Part shown: one piece after another, positions 1 to 8,620 of the stretch
How positions within the stretch are numbered: the stretch's first letter is position 1
Layout: every line of letters begins with the position of its first letter
NCBI RefSeq assembly: GCF_035285525.1
Contig: NZ_JAYKGW010000108.1
Span: 3,007 to 35,006 of the forward strand
DNA length: 32,000 nucleotides
Direction: 5' to 3'
Source of the DNA: Okeania sp.
GTDB taxonomy: Bacteria; Cyanobacteriota; Cyanobacteriia; Cyanobacteriales; Microcoleaceae
The notes under the pieces: generated by a model
Told to the model about the DNA's origin: nothing
What the model saw: only the letters and a program-made list of their open reading frames with translations
Database searches by the model: none
Position numbers and translations under genes: made by a program

Positions 1-814
1 TTCTGTTTTCAGTTAATTTTACTAATCGTTGAACTTCCTCCAAAGGTAAATCTAAATATTCAGCAATAGTTTCTAAGGTTAAGCCTAAACGCATCATATT
101 AGATACAGATTTTAAGTTAGCTTCATCTTTGCCTTTAGCTTCGCCTTCATCTTTACCTTCAGCAAAAGCTTCTTGATAGACTTTAGTTTTTTTCAATTCA
201 CTTAAACCTAACATGGCTTCAATCTCCTTTCTAGTTTTTTGAGGTAATTTATAAACGACAATTGTTTGAATTAGATTAATTAAATCTGCTTGAATCTTTG
301 GCTGAATAATTTCTTCTTGAGCTTGAGAAATTAAAGATTTAGCCAAATTAACCGCTTGAGTTTCTGGCTCAATTACCAGTTTAACAACTCCTACTCCTAA
401 TGAACCACTGACAGTTTCTGACAATTCGTTTAAATAAATCCGTTGGACTTGACTTGAGGCTAAAATATTGCCAAAGTGCTGATTGTGTTCCCTTTCGATA
501 CTACGACTGGGATAAATAACAACTACTTGCCAAGGATTGGGGATTTTATATTGTCGTAAAAAGAGAAATAATTCGGCAAATATACGATAATAGAGGTCAT
601 CATCTGGTTGAAATTGGACTTCAACTAGGTAAAAAGGTTTGTTAGGGTTGTTGTCTGTTGGTAAGAATAAACCATCTAAACGAAAAGACAATTGTTTGAC
701 TTCGCGGGAGGTAAATTCATAAGTTTGAGTCTTGGTATTGGGTTGGTTAATTAGTTCAAAGAAAAATTCCGGAAATTCCAGAAATATTTGATAGAAAATA
801 CTGTCTGTTTTCAC
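1..814 (-). CDS. Rpn-family recombination-promoting nuclease / putative transposase (DUF2887-type PD-(D/E)xK); 3' end lies outside the window
   Basis: Absent from the ORF track because it runs off the left edge. My minus-strand translation from GTG (814-812) is open for about 271 codons: VKTDSIFYQIFLEFPEFFFELINQP..SFRLDGLFLPTDNNPNKPFYLVEVQFQPDDDLYYRIFAELFLFLRQYKIPNPWQVVVIYPSRSIE..KKTKVYQEAFAEGKDEGEAKGKDEA..LGLTLETIAEYLDL. The D..EVQ nuclease core and Lys/Glu-rich tail match the cyanobacterial DUF2887/Rpn pattern I recognise. Confidence 0.7.
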   Translation of the reverse strand, partial: MKTDSIFYQIFLEFPEFFFELINQPNTKTQTYEFTSREVKQLSFRLDGLFLPTDNNPNKPFYLVEVQFQPDDDLYYRIFAELFLFLRQYKIPNPWQVVVIYPSRSIEREHNQHFGNILASSQVQRIYLNELSETVSGSLGVGVVKLVIEPETQAVNLAKSLISQAQEEIIQPKIQADLINLIQTIVVYKLPQKTRKEIEAMLGLSELKKTKVYQEAFAEGKDEGEAKGKDEANLKSVSNMMRLGLTLETIAEYLDLPLEEVQRLVKLTENR

Positions 815-976
815 AATATTTATAGTTGATTGGCAGTAGAAATATTTTACTTTTTTTTTGAAAAATTATGAAATAAATTAATTTGTTATTCATCTATCAT
901 TACCTAGATAAGTTTTTGTTGGGTTGCGAGATACCCTTAACCCAACCTACTAAATTTAGACAAAACTTATGGATAA

Positions 977-1898
977 CTAAAGTTCTTCTTTCTTTTCAGA
1001 ATATAGTTTTTGCAACTCATCTGTTGAGGAAATATGGGGAATTTGAGAAACAATTTCCTCTAAAAATTTCATATTATTAATTGCAGAAACTTCCGATAAT
1101 ATTGCTATGGCTTCATCACCAAATTTTATTTTTAAACTCATTTCTATTGCTAATAATAATGCTTGTTTTAGTTGAGAAATTTCTGCATTTTTTTGGGAAA
1201 TTTCCAAAATATTTTGAGAAATTTCTGCATTTTTTTGGGAAACTTCTGCGTTTTTTTGGGATATTTGAACATTTTTTTCTATTGCTAATTCATCCCCTGT
1301 TTTAATCAAATTTCCATCAGCATCACACCAACGCAACCAAGTATCATTAACATTTTCAAATACACCATTCCCAAGAGTTAATCCTAGATTTATATCGGGA
1401 AATAAAGCATTATTTTTAGGAGTATAAAAAGTGCCTTGAAGTTGAAATATTTGTAGGAAAGTTTTACTTAGTTTTTGCAATGGTATCGTAGACAACATAA
1501 TAAGGAATTCGTAACTTAGCATAGTCTGTTAATTTACTTCCTAATTCATTGCCTGAGGTGGGAGAAACAATTTCAATTACTACATCTGGAGATTTGCCAA
1601 ATTCCCAGAATAAATAAGAGCGAACATTACGTTTCCACCATTTTTCTCCACCAGGAATATTCAAGCTTAAAAACACATCAGGTACAATTCCTGAATCTCC
1701 GACATAAGAGAATAAACCTACATTAGCAGCAACAATAAAAGGAACATTTATTGGTATTTCAGTACCACTATAAAATACAGTTGTAAGTAAACGTTGTTGT
1801 TTTTCATTAATGAAACTATCCAAGGGAGTATCATCCTCCAGAATCATATTACTGGTGTCTGGATATTCATAAGGCATAACTGTCAATTTTTGTGACAT
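977..1898 (-). pseudogene. Uma2-family (DUF820) endonuclease split by a 1-nt frameshift near 1484
   Basis: ORFs 1464..1898 and 977..1522 together rebuild one Uma2 protein. The N-part is ..VPDVFLSL..PDVVIEIVSPTS..YAKLRIPYYVVYD. The C-part is PLQKLSKTFLQIFQLQGTFY..DTWLRWCDADGNLIKTGDE. On the coding strand GTC TAC GAT a CCA TTG CAA shows one extra base between D and PLQ. The C-terminus carries an ISQKNAE heptapeptide (21-nt) tandem repeat. Confidence 0.7.
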
Positions 1899-1915
1899 AA
1901 TTATTTATTTAAAAC

Positions 1916-2048
1916 AGGACTTACCCATGCGCAACGCAATTTTGTCCGATATGAGCGACAGCGTTTTGCTCCGCGACATGAATGGGTCGCAGTTCATCAG
2001 GATAGCAATCTCAAACCCCTATTTTTCGTACCTCATGGCTTTAGTCCT
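1916..2048. mobile_element. MITE-like element, AGGACTTAC-type ends (133 bp)
   Basis: Starts aggacttacccatgcg and ends catggctttagtcct. The interior (caggatagcaatctcaaacccctatttttcgt) resembles the copy at 17883-18018. Confidence 0.6.
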
Positions 2049-2065
2049 ATAAAAATTACTTAATC

Positions 2066-2153
2066 AGGACTTACGCAAACGCACTATATATAGAGTTCCA
2101 AAACTATTGTATAATAGTTTTAAGCGCTATATGTAGAGTCACTGCGTAAGTCT
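2066..2153. mobile_element. MITE-like element (88 bp), same family as 12269-12357
   Basis: The ends aggacttacgca...tgcgtaagtct are inverted. The internal near-palindrome actatatatagag..aaactattgtataatagtttt..ctatatgtagag is shared with 12269-12357. Confidence 0.7.
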
Positions 2154-2163
2154 TATTAATATC

Positions 2164-2261
2164 AGGACTTACGCAGAAACTAGGTTTATCAACAAAATCT
2201 CGTGGTTTGAACTGAACCCAGAAACCCGGTTTCTCGTAGAAACCGGGTTTCTTTGCGTCCT
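2164..2261. mobile_element. MITE-like element (98 bp) with AAACCCGGTTTCT core
   Basis: Runs aggacttacgcagaaac ... cagaaacccggtttctcgtagaaaccgggtttctttgcgtcct. It has inverted ends and an internal hairpin. Confidence 0.6.
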
Positions 2262-2332
2262 AAATATATTATAAATGATAACCTGTAAATAGTTTTAGCG
2301 GAGCCTAAGGGTAGCTATATTGCCTTTTTGAC

Positions 2333-5300
2333 TTAATAATTAAAGCCTTTTCTTTCTTGCTTATTTCTGCTCCCAAAACTCGCCATCAGTAAATAACAAC
2401 AGGGAACTAAATATAGCGCCACAAGTGTCGCACCACCCACACCACCAGCGATCGCTATTGCTAAAGGAGGCCAAAAGCTACCACCTTCTATCAACAAAGG
2501 AACAAACCCGATCATTGTAGTTAAGGTTGTCGCAACCACATGACGAGTGGAACCTATAACCACTTGACGAACAGCTCGACGGTTGCCTGTTGATGCTTCT
2601 TCGTCTTCCAAAATGGCAGCTAAAACTACTACTGAGTCATTAATGGCGACTCCCACTAAACCAAATGTACCGATGAGACTGGTAAAACCGAAAGGATAGC
2701 CAAATAACCACAGACTGAAAAACCCTAAACCAATAGCACAAATAGCAACTCCCCCAATAATGGCAGTTGCTCGAAAAGAATTTAAGGATAATACCAAAAT
2801 TGAAGCTGCTAACAAAAAGGTAAGAGGTAGGGTAGCAAACAAACCAGATTCTGCATCACCTTGTTTTTCTGATTCTCCAGCAACTTCCAACCAATACCCG
2901 GATGGTAGTTCAAAGTTGGCATCATTTAACCTTTGTTGCCACCCCTGTAAAACTTCGGATGGTAAAATTCCAGCAGCAATAAAACCTTGAATGGAATTTA
3001 TCCGTTTGCCATTACGTCTTTTAATAACGGAAAATTGTGGCTTTAATTCTACTTCTGCTAATGCTGAAAAAGGTATTGTATTAGTTGTACTAAATCGGTT
3101 TTGGTTTAGACTCGAACCTGTTGGTTGTAAGTCTAAAGATGTAATTTGATTAATGTCTCCCCGTTGAAAATTTGATACTCGCACTCGCACTGGTATTTCT
3201 TCAGTATCTTCAATTATTGAACCTCCTAAATTTCCCTCTAATGAAGTTTGTAATTGTTGGGAAAGGGATGTAGAATCTAATCCTGCTAAACGAACTTCTT
3301 CTTCATCTATTTGTAGTGATAATTGAGGTCGAATTTCGCTTAAAGTTTCACGGGTATGAGTTACATTAGGAACTTGCACTAAAAGACTTCTTACTTGTTC
3401 TCCTAATTCTTGTAAACTCTTTAAATTAGGACCATAAATTCTGATTTCTACTGGTGCATCAAAAGGAGGTCCTTGTTCTAATTTTCTAACCAAAACTTGA
3501 GCTTCAGGAAATGCAGTATCAACTTCTGCTTGGAGTGCATTAACAAATTCTGATTTAGCAGTTAAATTTAACTGTAAAAATCCTTGAGCGTAATTTGTCG
3601 CTTCTCTACCTGCTGTTATGTTGTAATAATATCGAGGAGAACTACGTCCTAAAAACCATTGTACTTCTTCAATTTCTGGATGTTTTAATAATAAGTTTCT
3701 GACTTCTATAGCCGTATTTTTAGTTTTTTCAATGGAGGTTAAACCAGGTAATTCTAATTCTATTTGTACTTGGTCTCTATCTACTTGAGGAAAGAATTGT
3801 TTGGGGAGATTGCTAACTTGAATTAAACCAATTATTGGTAAAATTAAGCCCAACAATATTCCCAACAAAGGAATGCTAAATATACTTCTTATACTGAATT
3901 GATAAACTTCAGCTAAAAAAGAATTTGTAAACCCAGTTTGCCACCATTTTTGTTGATTATTTTGGGAATAATGATGATTATTATTGTATAATTTTCCTGC
4001 TAAACCAGAACCTACTGTTAGAGACAATATTAAAGAAGAAATAACAGCTAAAATTACACTAACGCCAATAGTACCAACAAATTCTCCAGAGTTACCAGGC
4101 AACAATACAACTGGTAAAAAAGCCAAAGCAGTAGTCAAAGTTGATGCTGTTAATGGCATAAATAAATGATTAATTGCCTTATTAATAGCAGCTTCAGGTT
4201 TTAATCCAGAAATTACATTTTTATGAACTTCATCAACTACAATAATTGCTGTATCAATCAATAATCCTAAAGCTACGATTAATCCAGTTATTGACATTTG
4301 ATGTAGAGGAACATTGAGAAATTTCATCATTCCTAAAACCATACAACTTGATAAAGGTAATGCCAAACCTACAACAATTGCTGATTTCCAACCCATTAAA
4401 AATACAGTAATTCCAAATACTAGAATTCCACTCATTAATAGATTCAACATCAGACTTTGTAAACGGGTATCAATATAATTACTTTGATTAAAAATAATCT
4501 CCAGTTTCAGACCTTTACCTAACTCTTTACGGAATTTTTCTATAACTGTTTCTGCTGATTTTGCCCAGAGATCTATTTGATAATCGGAATTAACAAATAC
4601 AGCTAAACTTGAAGCCGGATGACCATTAATTAATGCTAGTTCCCTGGGTGGTTCAGTAATTGTTTTTCTAACTTCAGCAATATTGCTAAGTCGAGTAAAC
4701 TGCCCTTGGTTACTAAAACTAATGGGAATATTTTTAATCCGTTCTAAGGAATCTAAATCTGCATCAACCTCTAGGAGTAAATCATTATTTTGACCGCGAA
4801 ATTGACCGGAAGAAACTTTAGCATCGCTCTGTTTAATTTGTGCTGATAATTGTTGGGGAGTAATACCAATACTAGCTAATTGAGTTGCATCAATTTCTAC
4901 TAATATTTCTTCTTGAGGATTACCAATTTCCGCGATTTTTTTTGTTCCTGGTAATTCTAATAATTCATCTTTTAATAATTCAGATAAACGGGTAATAATT
5001 GCATAATTAGGTTCAGTATCTTGCTCCCAAATCAAAGAGATAATCATCGCATAAGCCTTAGCTTCAAGTTCCTCTAATTGTGGCTTAGTTGCATCAACAG
5101 GTAATTGAGTAACTTGATTTAATCGCTCTCTAATTTTTAACCAAACTGTATCCGCATCTGTTTCTTCAACTGAATCTAATAATTCAATATTAATAATTGA
5201 AGTTCCTACCTGAGAGCTTGAATAGTAGTCTTTTATTTCTTCAATTTCAGATATTTCTGATTCTATTTTTTCTGTGATTAATGTTTCTACTCGTTCAGCA

Positions 5301-5458
5301 TCAGCTCCCGGCCAAAAAGTTGTGATAACGGCAATGCGAGAAGTTAATTCTGGGTCTTCGAGTCGTGGCAATGTGAAAAAGGATGATATTCCCCAGGCAA
5401 TAATTATTATAATTGCCAGTATTAATAATCGGAAATTTCGATAAAATAAAGTAGCCAT
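2333..5458 (-). CDS. RND-family efflux transporter permease (AcrB/AcrD/AcrF-like)
   Basis: 1041-aa ORF with the two-fold RND architecture: an N-terminal TM helix, a large periplasmic loop and a TM bundle, twice. Typical segments are GLLIDTAIIVVDEV and GLVGVAINDSVVVL. It lies on the same strand and downstream of the adaptor gene at 6184..8085. Confidence 0.95.
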   Translation of the reverse strand: MATLFYRNFRLLILAIIIIIAWGISSFFTLPRLEDPELTSRIAVITTFWPGADAERVETLITEKIESEISEIEEIKDYYSSSQVGTSIINIELLDSVEETDADTVWLKIRERLNQVTQLPVDATKPQLEELEAKAYAMIISLIWEQDTEPNYAIITRLSELLKDELLELPGTKKIAEIGNPQEEILVEIDATQLASIGITPQQLSAQIKQSDAKVSSGQFRGQNNDLLLEVDADLDSLERIKNIPISFSNQGQFTRLSNIAEVRKTITEPPRELALINGHPASSLAVFVNSDYQIDLWAKSAETVIEKFRKELGKGLKLEIIFNQSNYIDTRLQSLMLNLLMSGILVFGITVFLMGWKSAIVVGLALPLSSCMVLGMMKFLNVPLHQMSITGLIVALGLLIDTAIIVVDEVHKNVISGLKPEAAINKAINHLFMPLTASTLTTALAFLPVVLLPGNSGEFVGTIGVSVILAVISSLILSLTVGSGLAGKLYNNNHHYSQNNQQKWWQTGFTNSFLAEVYQFSIRSIFSIPLLGILLGLILPIIGLIQVSNLPKQFFPQVDRDQVQIELELPGLTSIEKTKNTAIEVRNLLLKHPEIEEVQWFLGRSSPRYYYNITAGREATNYAQGFLQLNLTAKSEFVNALQAEVDTAFPEAQVLVRKLEQGPPFDAPVEIRIYGPNLKSLQELGEQVRSLLVQVPNVTHTRETLSEIRPQLSLQIDEEEVRLAGLDSTSLSQQLQTSLEGNLGGSIIEDTEEIPVRVRVSNFQRGDINQITSLDLQPTGSSLNQNRFSTTNTIPFSALAEVELKPQFSVIKRRNGKRINSIQGFIAAGILPSEVLQGWQQRLNDANFELPSGYWLEVAGESEKQGDAESGLFATLPLTFLLAASILVLSLNSFRATAIIGGVAICAIGLGFFSLWLFGYPFGFTSLIGTFGLVGVAINDSVVVLAAILEDEEASTGNRRAVRQVVIGSTRHVVATTLTTMIGFVPLLIEGGSFWPPLAIAIAGGVGGATLVALYLVPCCYLLMASFGSRNKQERKGFNY

Positions 5459-5603
5459 TTTCAGTTATTAGTTTTTTTTGTTACTGATTTATATTGCAGA
5501 AATCGCTATAGAAAAATGTAGAGGTTTGGATATTAAATCCCTACAATAAAATGTTACAATATAGGTAATAATTAAGCTATTAGCAGTCAGCAAGTGTTAA
5601 GGG

Positions 5604-5939
5604 ATAAAACTACCTAATGGACATCAAGCAGGCTTAGGAAATAAAATAGAGAACTATTGTCTTAATCCTAATCATCAAAAAGGTAAAAATCAAGCTACTC
5701 TTTTCCAAAATAAATTAGGAATTAATTTAAGTAATGCAAATATTCTTAAGGAGGCAATTAAATAAGCTGCTATTAATGAATCAGTTATTATTCGTAAAGT
5801 TAATGAGTATGGTATACACTATAACATGAAATTCTTTCTAAAAAACGATGTAGGAGAATCTTTAATCTTAGTCGCTTAGATAATTCGTTAAGGAGAAGAT
5901 TTTCCTAGATTAACTAATTGTTATCCTGTCAATAAATGA
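5604..5939 (+). pseudogene. DUF6883-like gene remnant (lost start, three internal stops)
   Basis: Frame starting at 5610 reads LPNGHQAGLGNKIENYCLNPNHQKGKNQATLFQNKLGINLSNANILKEAIK*AAINESVIIRKVNEYGIHYNMKFFLKNDVGESLILVA*IIR*GEDFPRLTNCYPVNK*. The ..YxLNPxHxxGKxxAxxF.. and ..PRLxTCYx blocks are the DUF6883 pattern. The position of the expected ATG reads ATA (5604-5606). First in-frame stop is at 5763-5765. Confidence 0.55.
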
Positions 5940-5948
5940 GGTATATTA

Positions 5949-6134
5949 ATGAACACATTCAAAGAATTAGATATCGTAGCTTTAACCCAAGATAGACAAA
6001 CAACCCAGTTTGAAAAAGAAGCATCCATTATCTTATTTAAACGACAAGTGGGAACAATTGTTATGGAATATGATGACCAAGTATTTGAAGTTGAATTTTC
6101 TAATTCTTTAAATTTTATTTTTTCCAGACATTAA
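5949..6134 (+). CDS. DUF4926-like small protein (possibly C-terminally degraded)
   Basis: 61 aa. FKELDIVALTQD..GTIVMEYDDQVFEVEFSN matches the DUF4926 pattern (xELDxVxLxxD..GxxGtIVhxyxxgxaxEVEF). It sits directly downstream of the DUF6883 remnant, the usual pairing. The last ~10 residues look non-homologous. Confidence 0.55.
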   Translation: MNTFKELDIVALTQDRQTTQFEKEASIILFKRQVGTIVMEYDDQVFEVEFSNSLNFIFSRH

Positions 6135-6183
6135 TTTCGGTAATAATATATTTCTTATATTAGCAAGAGTTCGAGATGAATTT

Positions 6184-8085
6184 TCATTTGTCAATTTTTG
6201 AATCTAAATAACGAACTAACTGTCCAGGAGCTAATTGATTAGTTCCAGTCGTCACCACCAAATCTCCCGGTTGCAATACCCCCCGCACCAAACTCCGATT
6301 TCCCTCCGTATGCAAAACCTCAACCATCCGTTTTTCAATCTGATAAGTTCCCAGAGGTAAGTCCCAATCTGACTTTTCCGGAGAAACCAAAGCAAAACAA
6401 GCTAACAACCCCCGCTTTCCCCAAACCAAAGCAGAAGTTGGCAACCAATATCCCGTCATACTATAAGTCTTATTAACTTCCAAACGAACCACAGTACCCG
6501 GAGCGATCGCTTGCGATAATGCTAAAATCACACTTTGAGTCCGAGTCGTAGAATCTAGCTCTGGTAAAATTGACAACACTTTTGCACTATAAGTTTTATC
6601 TCCCATCCTCACTTCCTCTACACTACCTACCCTCAAACCACTAACTTGAGTCGGTGGTACTCCAACCCGAACTTTCCTTTCCCCACCCTCCACCAAGCGC
6701 ACAACAGCTTCACCTGCATTCACCACAACGCCCTCATCTAAATTACGAACCGAAACAGTTCCAGTAAAAGGAGCATAAAGAATACTCTTTCTCAAAACAA
6801 CTTCAATTTCCCAAATTTCTGCATCGAAACGTTTAACTTCAGCTCGTTGCGCTTCTATCTGTTCGATGCGAGTTCCAGCAATAAGTTCATCTAACTGACT
6901 TTGCACTTGACGCACTCTAGCTTTTTGCGCTTCTATCTGTTCCGAGCGAGTTCCAGCAATAAGTTCATCTAACTGACTTTGCACCTGACGCACTCTAGCT
7001 CGTTGCGCTTCTATCTGTTCCGAGCGAGTTCCTGTTTGTAATTTCTCCAGTTCACTCCGCGCTCCCTCAAGTCTAGCATTAATAGTATCAGTTTGAGTAG
7101 CAAATTCATCAAGCTGTTCTTTAGAAATAGCTCCCTGTTGATAAAGTTCTTCTCGTCTTTTTTCCTGAATTTGAGCTAGTTCTAGTTGTTCTTCTAAGTC
7201 TAGAAGTGCTAAACGAGCTGCTTCAATATCTTCGGTGCGAGTTCCCGTTTGCAGTTCTTCTAATTTGGCTTGTTCTTGAGCTAATGAGGCGCGGGTAGCT
7301 GCTATTGTTTCTATCCTCGGTCCTGTTTGCAGTTCTTCTAATTTGGCTTGTTCTTGAGCTAATGAGGCGCGGGTAGCTGCTATTGTTTCTATTCTCGGTC
7401 CTGTTTGCAGTTCTTCTAATCTGGCTTGTTCTTGAGCTAATGAGGCCCGGATAGCTGCTATTTCTTCTATCCTTGCTCCGTTTTGTAGTTCTTTCAAGGA
7501 GGCGATCGCTTTTTCTCTCTGAGCTATTAATATTCCCCGTTGGGCAATGGTTTGGCTAGTATCTAGTTCAGCAATAATTTGCCCCTTAGTTACTGTGTCT
7601 CCTTCTTCTATATATATAGATCTCAGTAAACCTGATCGTTCAAAACCAAGTTCGCTTGTCCGTTTTGCTTCGACTATTCCTGTATAACTTTGAGCAACTG
7701 AATAGGAGTTAACTAATTTTATAGGGATAGCTGGAACAGAAAGGATATTGGGAAGAGGAGTTTCTGAGATTGGTTCGGGAAAATTTTGTTGATTTTGCCA
7801 AAATCTGATACTGCCAAAAGCTATTGCTAAAATAATTACCACAAAGCCAAACCGAAGAAATTTTCGTTCTTTATTTTTGGGTTTAAAGTTCCTAGCCTCA
7901 GACTGAATTGGTAAAGGTTCTATCTCACCAGTTTTGGCAATTTCAGACTGAATTGGTAAAGTTTCTATATTATCAGTTTTGGCAGTTTCAGATAGAATTG
8001 GTAAAGTTTCTATCTTATCAGTTAAGACTTCTACTTTACCATTTTTTTCGTAGGATTTAGAGTCTAACAATTTTTTGTCTGTCAT
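6184..8085 (-). CDS. Efflux RND periplasmic adaptor (HlyD/membrane-fusion family) with an expanded coiled-coil
   Basis: 633 aa. It has an N-terminal TM anchor (FGFVVIILAIAFGSIRFW), a lipoyl-like EEGDTVTKGQIIAELD, and a very long coiled-coil of 26-aa repeats. A beta-barrel segment (YAPFTGTVSVRNLDEGVVVNAGEAVVRLV) follows. It lies upstream and co-oriented with the RND permease. Confidence 0.9.
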   Translation of the reverse strand: MTDKKLLDSKSYEKNGKVEVLTDKIETLPILSETAKTDNIETLPIQSEIAKTGEIEPLPIQSEARNFKPKNKERKFLRFGFVVIILAIAFGSIRFWQNQQNFPEPISETPLPNILSVPAIPIKLVNSYSVAQSYTGIVEAKRTSELGFERSGLLRSIYIEEGDTVTKGQIIAELDTSQTIAQRGILIAQREKAIASLKELQNGARIEEIAAIRASLAQEQARLEELQTGPRIETIAATRASLAQEQAKLEELQTGPRIETIAATRASLAQEQAKLEELQTGTRTEDIEAARLALLDLEEQLELAQIQEKRREELYQQGAISKEQLDEFATQTDTINARLEGARSELEKLQTGTRSEQIEAQRARVRQVQSQLDELIAGTRSEQIEAQKARVRQVQSQLDELIAGTRIEQIEAQRAEVKRFDAEIWEIEVVLRKSILYAPFTGTVSVRNLDEGVVVNAGEAVVRLVEGGERKVRVGVPPTQVSGLRVGSVEEVRMGDKTYSAKVLSILPELDSTTRTQSVILALSQAIAPGTVVRLEVNKTYSMTGYWLPTSALVWGKRGLLACFALVSPEKSDWDLPLGTYQIEKRMVEVLHTEGNRSLVRGVLQPGDLVVTTGTNQLAPGQLVRYLDSKIDK

Positions 8086-8164
8086 TGGTTTTTGCTCTAA
8101 AGATTATTTGTCATTTCAGTTATCAGTTATCATTCTCGTGCTTTTCAAATTTAGTTACAGCGAA

Positions 8165-8348
8165 AGTCCCAAGGAGACTTAAGTAATGGTGTGCATCCAT
8201 AAACCCGGTTTCTTGTATCTAGGTGTGTGCCCGTTGTCAGCTACATGAGCCAAAGAATTTATTCTTTGGCTCAAAGCTAAATTCCCAAGGGGAATCAAAC
8301 AATGGCCTGCATCCATAAACCCGGTTTCTTGTACCTAGGTGTGTGCCC
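8165..8348. repeat. Two-copy ~70-bp direct repeat (spacing ~117 bp) with AAACCCGGTTTCT core
   Basis: aatggtgtgcatccataaacccggtttcttgtatctaggtgtgtgccc (8185-8232) matches aatggcctgcatccataaacccggtttcttgtacctaggtgtgtgccc (8302-8348). A perfect 12-bp-arm palindrome gagccaaagaat tt attctttggctc lies between them at 8247-8272. Confidence 0.8.
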
Positions 8349-8495
8349 TTGAGAGACTCTACAGTAGGGGGGCGGGTCTGGCTAGCTCAATGTGAAGAGC
8401 TACGCGCCCTTGAGAGACTCTAGAGTAGGGGGGCGGGTCTGGCTAGCTCAATGTGAAGAGCTACGCGCTCTTGAGAGACTCTACAGTAGGAGGTC
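8346..8495. repeat. 61-bp tandem repeat, about 2.4 copies
   Basis: The unit cccttgagagactctacagtaggggggcgggtctggctagctcaatgtgaagagctacgcg starts at 8346, 8407 and 8468 (the last is partial). Confidence 0.9.
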
Positions 8496-8591
8496 TAACA
8501 TTTTTTGCTTTGATATATTATAATTAAAACATACGTTTAAAACAATTGCAAGAGTAGCTAATTGATGATTAAATCGAATATAGATAGCTGC

Positions 8592-8605
8592 GTATTCTGG
8601 AATAC
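8592..8605. promoter_or_regulatory. Candidate TetR operator palindrome GTATTC-TG-GAATAC
   Basis: A perfect 6-2-6 inverted repeat 16 nt upstream of the TetR start codon (8621), in the divergent TetR / adaptor-pump intergenic region. Position and symmetry only; no experimental basis. Confidence 0.2.
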
Positions 8606-8620
8606 AAATATTAAGATTGA

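Noticed and set aside
883-1305. Plus-strand ORFs 883..1080 and 1081..1305
   Set aside because: They are antisense to, or overlap, the Uma2 C-terminal region. They are low-complexity F/L-rich translations of the 21-nt repeat, with no recognisable motifs.
2760-4169. Plus-strand ORFs 2760..2990 and 3984..4169 inside the RND gene
   Set aside because: They are antisense shadows of a long, well-supported 1041-aa gene.
8346-8495. CRISPR array (also considered for 31777-32000 and the STRR tracts)
   Set aside because: The repeats are directly tandem with no unique spacers. The unit lengths (61 bp, 95 bp, 7 bp) are wrong, and no cas genes are present.
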